Shown here: piece by piece, positions 9,248-20,229 of the stretch | Layout of the letters: each line of letters starts with the position of its first letter | Numbering within the stretch: position 1 is the first letter of the stretch | Assembly (NCBI RefSeq): GCF_902713615.1 | Contig: NC_052157.1 | Location: forward strand, 61,158,146-61,222,145 | DNA: 64,000 nt | Reading direction: 5' to 3' | DNA from: Scyliorhinus canicula | Taxonomy: Eukaryota | The notes under the pieces: model-generated | Database searches by the model: none | The model's input: the letters and a program-made list of their open reading frames with translations, nothing else | Told to the model about the DNA's origin: nothing | Position numbers and translations under genes: made by a program

Positions 9248-12200
9248 TCACAATCAATGTTTTAATAATTTTCTTTTACAAAGAAAAGGGGATGTGGTAT
9301 TATCATAACTTTCAGCGTTGCAAGAGGTAGCTAGTGAAGGTCAGAGGAGCAGATAGTGTAAGCGAGTGTAGGTCATAGTTTAAACCAGCAGTGAGATTAA
9401 CTGGAGGTGAGTGTAGTTTAGATGTTATTAATCAACTGTGTATTCTTAAGGAGTACCTGTCGAGTACAAGATAGGAGTATAAATAAATTAATAGCTTTGT
9501 TTAAGTTAAAGCTATTTTGTGGTCTTTCTGAACACTATGCCAACCATCCTGAAATAAGCAACACAAAGAACAGCACAGAAGGCGCATTCATGCAATTTTA
9601 GTACTTTAAAATCGTCGATGATCTGCGATCTGTGTTCGGGATATTGGCTGATAAGGTCTGTGAGAGGCCATTGAGGGAAGTAGAGCTTCAACAAGAAAAC
9701 GCTATCAATGTTTGTCATGCAAGCGAGCTCCCTGCACAGCAGATTAGCACGCTCAATCTGAAACATTTGTTGCCAATGTGGCAGAAAACGCCAGCGCCAG
9801 AAGCACAGTGAAGCAGTCAAAGAAGAAACGTGGTCTCAGTGCGGGCGACCATTTTAAGGGGCCGGCCAGTTCCGCCACTTTGTGCCAGCGATGCAGCAAT
9901 CGACATTTGCCACGCCAATGTCCTGCATTCGGGAAGGTCTGTTCCAAATGTGGAAGTCTTTGCTAGGCAATGTTTGTCACGTCCAAAACAGGACCAGTTA
10001 ACTTAATTATTGAGATATACATAGAAGACCTGGCTGCTATTGATATAATTTCAACTGAGGACACGAATAATACGAACAGGCAAAATGGAAAAATTTTCCT
10101 TACAATTTGCAGCCATAGTGGTGTGGGTGCGAATAACATAGTAGATAGACGGACCATTCCATTGTTGATTAATGGCACACTAATCAAATGCAAGCTCGAC
10201 ACAGGAGCAACGGCCAACTTTATCACTTTGGCAGCTTTAAAAGGGTTGAAAACTAAACCGAAAATGGTTCGTCGATCAGCACTACTGAAAGACTATAATG
10301 GTAATGAGATCACAACGTTAGGAGCATGTGAGCTTGCAGTAACAGTAAAGACATAACTCGCATGATTAAATTTTCCACAGTGGAGACAGAGCGCGAATCG
10401 CTCATGGAAGTGGAAGCGTGTGAAGCACTTGGGCTCGTTAAGTGGGTTTATATTGCAGAATGCATGGTATCCCACCAAGCTGCATCCATAGAGTCCATCA
10501 TATAGGACATCCGGAAATATTTCAAGACTTTGACAATCTGCCTTTTATGTATCGCATCCAATTGAAGGAGAATGCGACATCAGTCAGACACACAGCTCCA
10601 TTGAAGGACAAAGTGAAGGCCGAGTTAGATAGAATGATGGCTCAAAGAGTCATCGAATGCATAGACAAACCTACAGACTCGGTTAACTCTGTGGTGTGCT
10701 TCAAGAAGTGGAATAATGACCTACGAATATGCATGGCCCCAAAGACCTCAACCCTAACATTAAGAGAGAGCACGACCCAATTCCGAAGAGGGAGGAAATA
10801 GCATGCGAGACGGCTGGAGCGACATGTTTCAGTAAGTTGGATGCATCACACAAGGCTTCTAGCAGCTCAAACTGGACAAAGCAAGCACAAAGCTGTCGAC
10901 ATTTAACACACTCTTTGGGCGCTATTGTTTCCTTTGCACGCCATTTGTCATAATATCTGCTTCAGAAATTTTCCATCGTGCCATGGAGCACATAGCTGAA
11001 GGGTTACCAGCTGTCCAGGTCTGTGTGGATGACATAATAATTTGTGGGTCCACATGCGACGGGCATGACAGAAGGCTTTTCAGGGTCTTAAGAAGTAAAA
11101 AAAGAATGGCCTAAAGCTTAACAAAGTAATTGGGGTTGAGAGCATCACCTTCTTGGTGGATAGGCTCTCTGCACAAGGTGTGCAGCCGGATCAAGGCTAT
11201 TTTAACAATGCCACATTCCACAGATCAAAAAGGCATCCTACGGATGTTAGGGATGGTCAACGTTGTTGGCAAATTAATTCCCAACCGAGCATCCAAAATG
11301 TCTCATATCCGAGATACAATCAAAAAGGATGCAGTGTTCCAATGGCCTCCGAGACATTAGTAGCAATGGCAAGCATTGAAAATCTCCTTGACTACAGTGC
11401 TACGGTTCTAACATTTTTTTGATCCGGAAAAAAGACAAAAATTTCAACTGATGCATCTAAAGGTGGCCTGGAAATGGGGTTACTGCAGCATAATGCAGAA
11501 GCCAGCTGGCTCCCTGTGGCATACACATACAGAGCAATGTCAGAGACGGCGCGCAGGTATGCACAAATTGAAAAAGAATGCCTCAGGTTAGTCAACCGTT
11601 TGGTTCCATGATTATGTGTATGGTCTTCCGATGTTTCTTGCGGAGACAGACTACAGGCCACTTGCGTCAATTGTATAGAAACATTTGAGCAAAATATCCC
11701 TGAGTATCCTGTGCATGATGATGAAGTTCCAACGCAATGATTTTGACCTAATATACACACCAGACAAGCATTTCATTGTTGCTGGCACGCTTTCTCAAGC
11801 CACGGGCATTAAAGAAATACACCTGATTGAGGAGGACATGCAAGTCCATGTCAATCTCGTCACTGCATTTCTTCCAGTCTCTGATGATGTCGTGTCTAAT
11901 CAAGGAAGAAGTGGCCAAGGACACAGTTCTCCAAAAAGTAATAAAATATCTCCATGAGGGATGGCCTAAGAGCTCCTGCTCGAGCAATTACAATGTGAAG
12001 GCAGAGTTGAGTGTGATGAATGAAATTCTACTGTGGCTGCAGAGGATTGTGATTCCACCACTCATTCTCAAAAAGCTCCATGAAGGGCACCTGGGCAGTG
12101 AGAAGTGCAAGCACAGGGCCAGGAATACAGTTTATTGACCTGCGTCACTCAAGACATCACAGCCATGGTTGATAGCTGTGACACTTGTCAGAAGTTCCAG

Positions 12201-13497
12201 TGCAAGCAGAAGAAAGAGCCGATGTACATGGGTGAAATCATCGCAACTCCTTGGCAGAAGGTGGCATGGATCTTTTTCACTTCAATGGAAAAGACTACCT
12301 TTTGGTCTTCGACCACTTCTCTAATTATCCAGAGGTAGCACAGTTAGCGAACTCAACAGCTTAGTGTGTTATCCAACATGCGAAAGAGATTTTTGCCCAG
12401 CATGGGATACCAAACACTGTTATGACTGATAATGGTCCTGCCTTCCATTACGGCTCACCCTGTGGATAGAGAAATGGAGTGGAAACCGCTTCTTCAGAAA
12501 AGGAGGCAGAAGGGGTTCTATGACAGATCCGCCAGGAAGCTCCAGCCACGGCATCCAGGCGACACGGTTAGACTGGAGGATGCCAATGGAAATGGAGGCA
12601 TGCAAAGGAACTGCAACAGGCAGGTCCATATTCGTTTCTCACCATCACAGAGGATGGCTCAGTCTTGCGGAGAAACCGAAGACCGCTGTTGAATGTTCAA
12701 CATCCCTTTGTTTTGAGTCCAACAGAAGAGTTGGTAAGTAATCCGAAAACACTTGAAGAGGATGTCGCAGGCTTGCAGTACCAAGGTGCCCAGTTGGCAT
12801 TTTGCCCGCACTGAGGATCAGGTCCGGGGGGTGCCATGCCCTTATTAGGTGAGGTGCAGGAGGGGGCTTGAGGGGTCCAGAGGTTGGGTCAGGGGTTCGA
12901 GAGAGCGAGGTTCCTGCATTGGCCAGCGGAGCTCCTCCGTGCAGGAAATGTGACTGAGTACGGCCTCGGTGGGACCTTCCCTGCAGAGGCCCAAAAAACT
13001 AATAGAGTGCCGTCCCATAGCGGAGTCGTTCCGATGCTTGTAGTGCAGTAGGGATTAATGAAGTTGTGAAACTTAATTGGGTTTAGAGTCAAATTTCAGG
13101 ATTCCTGGTGTCATTCAGTCCAGCGCACACTCTTCAGGCGGTGGGGATCAGAGCACCTCTCAGGCAGCCTTTACAAGACCCTGTGTACTTAGCTTGATAG
13201 TGTATCCCAGTAGCCCCAGGGTCCTGTGGGGATTTTCTCCACAGGGGGGATGTAGGCTGCTGGGAATGATCCTTCTCAGGGTAACTCTGGAAAACCTCCA
13301 TTCTACCCCTGTTGGAATCCTGTTGGATTTTTCACTCTGCCCACCCTGTTCCTGATCCTTCCTGATCAGTTTGCCGAGTCTTATTCCTCCCTGGATAAAA
13401 ATAAATTACTGTGGATGCTGGAATCTGAAACGTTTCACAAAAGGGAAAATGCTGGAAAATCTCAGCAGGCCTGGCAGCATCTGTCGGGAGAGAAAAG

Positions 13498-13535
13498 AGC
13501 TAACGTTTCGATTCCGGTGACTCTTTGTCAAAGCT
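13498..13535 (-). ncRNA. Minimal type I hammerhead ribozyme motif in Penelope pLTR
   Basis: Minus strand reads AGCT-TTGACAA-A-GAGTC-ACCG-GAATC-GAAA-CGTT-AGCT. One mismatch in stem II. Confidence 0.7.
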
Positions 13536-15082
13536 AATAGACAAAGTGGGAAACATTTATACTGTGGAACAAGAATGAAAGATGAGTCATAGCCACAGAA
13601 ACCCAGGGAAACTTGGTGCTAATGGCCACAGAAACCAAGGGGAAAGTGTGCTAATGGCAGTCCCCAGGGAGGACAAAAGAAGTGAAAGGTCAACCAGCAG
13701 GGAAACTAACATCAGAGGATGAACTGTAGATGTGGGAGGAGGGGAAGCGGGAAGCAAAGAGGAGAAAGGTGCAGGAAAGGTGGATAAGATTAGGGGGGGG
13801 GGGGGGGGAATTCATCAACTTTGCTTCCAGTTTCCACCTCTCCATCACTTTCACCTGGTCCATCTCAGACACTTCCCTTCCCTTCCTTGATCTTTCTGTC
13901 TCCATTTCCAGCAATAGACTATCCACTAATATCCACTACAAGCCCACTACAGCTATCTGGACGACAGCTCTTCACATCCTACACCCTGTAAGGACTCCAT
14001 CCCTTTCTTTCAACTCCTTCGCCTCCGTCGCATTTGATCCGATGATGCCACTTTCCAAAATAGTACTTCGAAACTGTGTTCCTTCTTTCTCGACCGTGAT
14101 TTTCCACTTACAGTTGTGGACAGGGCCCTCAACAGTCTGTGGTCCATCTCCCACGCCACTACCCTCGCCCCCTCCACTCCCTCCCAGAACAAGGATAGCC
14201 AACTCCAGCATGATGCCACCACCAAAAACATCTTCCCTTCACTCCCTCTGTCAGCATTCCACAGAGACCGTTCCCTCCGAGACAATCTAGTCCACTCCTC
14301 CGCCATACCCAGTACCTCTCCCATCACCCATGGCACCTTCCCATGCAATCGCAGAAGGTGTAACACCTGCCACTTTACCTTGTCCATGCTTAACATTCCA
14401 GGCCCAAAACACTCATTCCAGGTTAAGCAGCGTTTCACTTGCATCTCTTCCAATTTGATCTACTGCATTCGCTGCTCCCAATGTGGTCTCCTCTATATCG
14501 GAGAGACCAAATGCAGACTGGTTGATCGCTTTGCTGAGCATCTTCGGTCTGTGCCCATTCAGGACCCTGACCTACCTGTTGCTTGCCATTTTAACAAAAG
14601 ACCCAGCTCCCATGCCCACATGTCTGTTCTTGGCCTGCTGCAATGTTCCAGTGAAGCGCAACGCAAACTGGAGGAACAACATCTCATCTTCTGGTTAGGC
14701 ACGATACAGTCTTCCGGCCTGAACATCGAATTCAACAACTTCAGATGATCAGCCCTACCTCGACCCATTTGTTTTCATTTCATTTTAACTGTCTTTTACC
14801 ATTTCTTTCTTTCTTAATATACATTTAATTTTTTCCCCCCCAATCTTATCCACCTTTCCTGCACCTTTCTCCTCTTTGCTTCCCCCTTCCCCTCCCCCAC
14901 ACCTACAGTTTATCCTCTGATGTTAGTTTCCCTGCTGTTTGACCTTTCACATCTTTTGTCCTCCCTGGGGACTGCCATTAGCACAATTTCCCCTTGGTTT
15001 CTGTGGCCATTAGCACCCGGTTTCCCTGGGTTTCTGTGGCTATGACTCATCCACGGTATAAATATTTCCCACTTTGTCTGTT

Positions 15083-15120
15083 GGCTTTGACAAAGAGTCA
15101 TCGGACTCGAAACGTTAGCT
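15083..15120 (+). ncRNA. Minimal type I hammerhead ribozyme motif in Penelope pLTR
   Basis: GGCT-TTGACAA-A-GAGTC-ATCG-GACTC-GAAA-CGTT-AGCT. Perfect stem II. Confidence 0.75.
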
Positions 15121-15227
15121 CTTTTCTCTCCCGACAGATGCTGACAGACTTGCTGAGATTTTCCAGCATTTTCCCTTTTGTTTCTTATTCCTGCCTGGAT
15201 GTGTTTCCCTAAAGCTCGATAGAGTTG

Positions 15228-15590
15228 GGGCTAGATTCTTCGCCACATTTCTGTTTCAGCACGCCGGCAGGATGCTCCATTACGCCGGCTGGTCAATGGG
15301 GTTTCCCATTGTGGGGCAGCCCACGCCGTCGTGAAACCCCCGGGCTGCCGGCAAAACGGAGCTTCCCGCCGGTGGAGAATCCAGCGCCTGCAGTTTGTTA
15401 CACACACAATACTAAACACATGCGGCGTGATTCTCCGTTGGTGGGATCCTCCACTTGGCCGGCAGCGCACTCACATCCGCGGATTTCCCGACGGCGTGTG
15501 TTGGCCACAGTGGGAAACCCCAATGGCTGGCTGCTGGGACAGAGGAGCCCGCGCCAGAAAACGGATCTGGTGGGACAGAGAATCCCACCC
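15228..15590. mobile_element. Two short GC-rich MITEs (about 15228-15386 and 15423-15590)
   Basis: Ends resemble the GGGYGGGATTCTCC / GGAGAATCCCRCCC inverted termini. Confidence 0.6.
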
Positions 15591-15606
15591 CTGATGTTTT
15601 CTTTAG

Positions 15607-15645
15607 TGCGAGCTCGTACACCTGGACCAAACACACCTGTACCAG
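15607..15645 (+). CDS. B7-like gene, candidate 39-nt exon (VRARTPGPNTPVP)
   Basis: Acceptor GTTTTCTTTAG, donor CAG|GTAAAT, symmetric phase 1-1, open in the signal-to-IgV frame. Confidence 0.45.
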
Positions 15646-16333
15646 GTAAATCTGTTTCTAAGCTACTGCTTGTGTTTTCAGCTTACATTTGGTCATGCTG
15701 AATAGACAAGTAGTGACAATTGAAAGTTTGAAATGCTGTGTGATATTTTAACAAAGAATGATTGTGTGAGAGTGAGGGGTGTGAGTCACTTACCTGTAAC
15801 TGGTCCTTAAACTACCTGGAATTGTTATTTCTGTTTCTGAATCTCACCTTCCTTTCCCTCAGAAATAGAACTCTGAGGATTTCTCTTTCACTAGCATTAG
15901 TGATTCGGGAATTCTGTGTGGAAAGTCTTGGTACAATTTTAACCAAACCCTCCTGTTGGGAAACTAATGGGATTGGGTGTAACACTAGTTGAAATTAGTG
16001 GAGAGCATATTGACCCGGATGTAAACCGGCATTCCGCACAATCCTGAGGGAAAAATTAATTTCACAATTTTTGCAATTTACTTGGTTCAAAGTGTGGCAC
16101 TGATATATGTTCATTTAAATTTGATAACCAAAATTGTTCTCGCTGCACAGGGAACTTGTCATTCTAAATAGTACATGCCCGAACTTTAACCTTCCCTCAA
16201 AAATGAAAACAGAGAGTTACTGATCAGTGCTTCTTGCAAAGCAATCATGGCAGTGTGTAAACATGTGAAGCTTGGGATGTAATGTATTGGCAGGGACGTT
16301 ATATATGTGGATAAATATTTTAATCTTTTCCAG

Positions 16334-16666
16334 ATCACTCGCCTGTTCCAGTATCTGGGTCCCTTGGGGAGCAGGTTGTGCTGCCCTGTACCTACATTGG
16401 GAATGTCCCAGTCTCCGATTTACACGTAATCTGGGAGACTCCCGAACATGAGGTTTTACACAGCTTTGTCAATGGGAACGATAATTTGACAGAACAACAC
16501 CCACAGTTCAGAAACAGGACACAGCTGTTCAAAAATCAACTGGAACAAGGAAACTGGTCAGTTCTGATCTCTGACCTCAGGAAATCAGACCAGAACCAGT
16601 TTGTCTGTCGGATTTCTGATAGAACCAATGTGTACTTTCATCAACATGTTAATCTCTCTGTAACAG
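16334..16666 (+). CDS. B7/butyrophilin-family IgV domain exon
   Basis: Acceptor TCTTTTCCAG, donor CAG|GTGAGT, 333 nt, phase 1-1. Encodes GEQVVLPC..VIWE..QHPQFRNRTQLF..GNWSVLISDLRKSDQNQFVC..VNLSV, with four N-glycosylation sequons. Confidence 0.93.
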
Positions 16667-16785
16667 GTGAGTGGTTTCTGTTTCAGGTATTCTGCGTTTT
16701 ATCTCTGATTTTATGGGTCCGGCCCTCTAGTGGTTATGTTACTAAACTTGTAATCCAGACACCTGAGCTAATAAGCCAGAGAATA

Positions 16786-17014
16786 CATAGATACACATAG
16801 ATACATAGAACATACAGTGCAGAAGGAGGCCATTTGGCCCATCGAGTCTGCACCAACCCACTTAAGCTCTCACTTCCACCCTATCCCCATGACCCAATTA
16901 CCCCTCATAACCTTTTTGGACGCTACGGGCAATTTTTCATGGCCAATCCACCTAACCTGCACGTCTTTGGACTGTGGGAGGAAACCCGAACACCCGGAGG
17001 AAACCCACACACAG
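16786..17014 (-). mobile_element. HE1-like V-SINE, head missing
   Basis: V-domain and CATAGATA-type tail. Confidence 0.85.
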
Positions 17015-17201
17015 TATGGGCTGAATTGTCCTTTTGGGTGACTATGTTCCCTTGCTGGAGATGAATCATATCTGATTTGCGCTTGCGCCTGACCACATCA
17101 AAAACAGTAAGGTGTTCTCACATCCTCTTCTTCTCTGCAGAAAACACTTTACTGCTTTTGATGTGGTCAACAGCTGACAATCATAACTAGATTTGTAGTG
17201 T

Positions 17202-17497
17202 GGGTGGAACAGTAACACAGTGGTTATCACTGTTGCTTAACAGTGGCAGGGTCCCAGGTTCGATTCCCGGCTTGGGTCACTGTCTGTGCGGATTCTGCAC
17301 GTTCTCCCCGTATCTGAGAGGGTTTCCTCCGGGTGCTCCAGTTTCCTCCCACATGTCCCGAAAGGTGCTTGTTAGGTGAATTAGCCATTCTGAATTCTCC
17401 TTCAGTGTACCCGAACAAGTGCTGTAGTGTAACGACTAAGGGATTTTCACATTATCTTCATTGTAGTGTAATGTGAGTTTACTTGTGACACTAATTT
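17202..17497 (+). mobile_element. V-SINE, second family
   Basis: GGTTCGATTCCCGG B box and V-domain. Confidence 0.85.
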
Positions 17498-17720
17498 AAA
17501 ATTTTTTTTTAGAGTGCCCTATTCATTTTTTCCAATTAAGAGTAAATTTAGCGTGGCCAACGCATCTACCCTGCACATCTTTGGGATGTGGGGGCAAAAC
17601 CCACACAAACACGGGGAGAATGTGCAAACTCCACACGGACAGTGACCCAGAGCCAGGATCAAACCTGGGACCTTGGTGCCATGAGGCAGCAATGCTAACC
17701 ACTGCTCCACTGTGCTGCCC
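17498..17720 (-). mobile_element. Short V-SINE with A-rich tail
   Basis: Head ends ...GTGCTGCCC on the plus strand. Similar to 27373-27585. Confidence 0.8.
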
Positions 17721-18039
17721 TGCTAGTGACACTAAGATTATTATTATTAAGCATTGTGTCTCGTTACACAGCAGGATACTTGAGATCCATTGAAGTATGA
17801 TGAGAAAATAAATGAACCAATCCAGACAGCTGGCTGTATGCAAGCTGTTAATCACAGCCTAGTACCATAAATGTCCCATTGTTGTGAATGAAAGCCTTGC
17901 TGACCAAAGACCTGTAGGGATTTAAACCCGAGAAATGTTGTTTTTTGTTTCCTATGAATTCACAGCTTCTGCTTTCTCTGCCTGAGTCAGCAGCAGGAGT
18001 AGGGCACAGATGAGGTTTTAAAGCAGTGATTTTTTTTCA

Positions 18040-18560
18040 CTGTCTATCTGCACTGTTGTCTGGCTTCCAGGTAGGCAGATCTGTTGTGGTGGGTTGGGAA
18101 GGGGCTGTAATGGGGGATTTCTGAAGGAGGGGGCTCTGTTGTGGGAGTCTCAAATGAGGGGGTCTCTGGTGGGAGGCCTGATAGGGGTGAGGTGGGCATG
18201 ATTTGCATTATGGGATGGGGGGTCATCCAATGGACTTTGGGGGCACCCACCTTGAAGACTTAGCCCCTTGGCCCACCGGGAGGTCCACCGCGCCAGGGCC
18301 GCACTGGGAAATACCTGCACCAATCTATGCCCACGTGAATCCAGGCCCAGAGGGATGGAGAATCTGATGCCCAGCCTGTTAAAAGAAAGAAATGGGTCAA
18401 TTTGACCTATTTGCACCCTTCAGCTGACACAGGATACGAACCTCGATTTCGCCAACAGCGGGAGATGGGAGAATCGGAAACGGCCGATCCCATTTTTTCC
18501 CTGAAGTTGGATTCTCCGCTGCATTGGAATCTCCGCTACTGGCAGAGGGCAACAGAGAAT
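18040..18560. mobile_element. GC-rich MITE-like fragments (probably Harbinger-related)
   Basis: GGAGAATC and GGATTCTCC motifs. Confidence 0.4.
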
Positions 18561-19494
18561 CCAGCCCTGGGAGTTCAGATGCCACCAGGGCATTTTCAGA
18601 ATTTAAATGCAGTTTACTGAATAAAAATCTGGAAATATCAAGTTTGTCCCAAGTGATCATGAAGATGTTGTGTTATTGGAAAACCCCAATTGGTTCACTA
18701 ATGTCCTTCAGGAAAAGACATCTGCCGTGCTTATCCAGTCAGTTCTGTATGTGACTCCAGTCCCACCTTAACCTGGGTGACTTTTAACCGTCCTCTGACT
18801 GGCTCGGCCACTTCACTCCGTTTGTATCAAACCACTAGGCAGAAAGACCAGAATAAAATTGAACGGATCAGCAGCTGTGACCCAGGTATTGAATCAGGAA
18901 ACAACACAGACACACCCAGCCCAGTCGACACTGCAATGTCCCCTCACTAACATCTGGGGACTGGTGTCCAAGTTGGGAGAGCTGTGTGACATAGTCATAC
19001 TCACAGAATAAACCCTACATCCCAGATTCCTCGATCACCATCCCGGGGTATGTCCTGTCCCACCGGCAGAGGTGGGGGCAAGTGGTATACAGTCAGGAGA
19101 GAGTGGTCCTGGGAATCCTCAACATTGAACTCAGTGGAAAATAGTGATCCCAGTGTAAATGATCCAAGGTGAAACTTAATTTATATTTATTCTAGATTTC
19201 AGTGGGCTATTGGGTTTAATTGAAGGGAGGCTGCTGCTGGTCAGTGTCCAGTTGTCTCTATTGGAAAGCATGTATCAACCACATAGTGGGGCAGTTTGTG
19301 TGTGCACAGAGCTGTGGGGTGGCCTTGTGTATGTGTGATTACGGGTATCTAACCTCCCACATCCCTCAAGGACCAGAATTAACCAGGGATCTGTTTGTTC
19401 TGGGGATGGTTCTGAAACACTAGGTGCTAAAGGTCCCGACTGTTAGTTTTCTTCATGTGTCCTCGTCTGTTCAATCCCTTTGTTCTGTCTTTAG

Positions 19495-19597
19495 GGCGTG
19501 GACTCTCTACTGGAGCAAGAGCTGGATTGGGAATCGGAATTCCTGTTTCTGTGGTTGCTGGAATTGTGGTTTTCATAATTCTAAAAAGACAAAGCCG
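19495..19597 (+). CDS. B7-like gene, transmembrane exon (GRGLSTGARAGLGIGIPVSVVAGIVVFIILKRQSR)
   Basis: Acceptor TTGTTCTGTCTTTAG, donor CG|GTGAGT, phase 1 to 2. Hydrophobic helix followed by a basic stop-transfer segment. Confidence 0.87.
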
Positions 19598-19669
19598 GTG
19601 AGTTCTAGAATGTTCCACTGTTTCCATTTCAACCTGTGTTTTGTTTTACAATGCTTAGTTCAATGTTGC

Positions 19670-20200
19670 CGAACTCGATGGGCGGGAATTCGGCCAACAC
19701 CGAAATTGGGAAAGGCAATTGGTTTGAGAAGTGGTCCTGATGCTGAAATCATGGCCAGCGCTGGGATCATGTCAAGTTGCAATTCTCTGGTCCCTCCCAA
19801 TGCATCCCACTCCGCAGGTACAGTAAACGCCTTTTGCATATCATTAGCGGGCCTGGCCCGGTATTCTCTGGGGCCTCTGCGAATGCTCTGCCTCTGCCGG
19901 GTTGATTCCCAACGGCGAGGTTCATTTGTGCTTTTTAAAATCGGGAAACCGACGCCGTGCCTGATGAGGGAGAGAAAGAGAAGGTAGGACATGCAGAGGA
20001 GCGATTGTGGGCTGCCTGACCTGACATTGGCTGGGCTGGCTGGGGGGGTTGGGGGGGCCCTTCCAAGCCTTGGAGGGGAGGGCGACCAGGGGAAAGGCTG
20101 TAGGGCCAGGGTGTCTAGGCATGGACCACCATTGCTGCAGCCTGCATGACAGCCATCTTTCTACGCACTCCACTGACCACCCACAGTAGCCCGTGGTTCT
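19670..20200 (+). mobile_element. GC-rich non-autonomous repeat (same family as 6340-7300)
   Basis: Shared block ATATCATTAG..CCCGGTATTCTC..GGTTCA(C/T)TTGT..GATGAGGG..GTAGGAC. Confidence 0.55.
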
Positions 20201-20229
20201 GCAGAGTGACACTGGCCATATGGGTGCCC

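Larger units (their letters stand above)
8043..9577 (+). mobile_element. Nested, internally deleted Mag-like LTR element
   Basis: TSD GAAGG at 8038-8042 and 9578-9582. 5' LTR stub 8043-8131, integrase tail (VAPRSYLVKTEQG), PPT AAAGAAAAGGGGA and 3' LTR 9293-9577. Confidence 0.85.
7668..12760 (+). mobile_element. Degenerate Mag-like Gypsy internal region, interrupted at 8043-9577
   Basis: Gag MESLKALHQLQVTGNVDENW, continuing as LGLKAHSCNF across the insertion. Zinc knuckle near 9880-9960, protease KLDTGATANFI, RT/RH/INT remnants with many stops and frameshifts. Confidence 0.88.
13397..15183 (+). mobile_element. Penelope-like element, 5'-truncated, with inverted pseudo-LTR
   Basis: RT C-terminus (LPFLDL..YKPT) and GIY-YIG (LIYCIRC..LYIGET..RFAEH, ORF 14116-14748). 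13397-13808 is the reverse complement of about 14830-15183. 17-bp TSD CTTATTCCT(C/G)CCTGGAT at 13380-13396 and 15184-15200. Confidence 0.93.

Noticed and set aside
17141-17190. Strong acceptor TCTTCTTCTCTGCAG as a stalk exon of the B7-like gene
   Set aside because: The phase-1 frame hits TAG with no good donor, and the site lies in a hairpin loop.
17966-18015. Acceptor after TTTGTTTCCTATGAATTCACAG as a stalk exon
   Set aside because: In-frame TGA after six codons.
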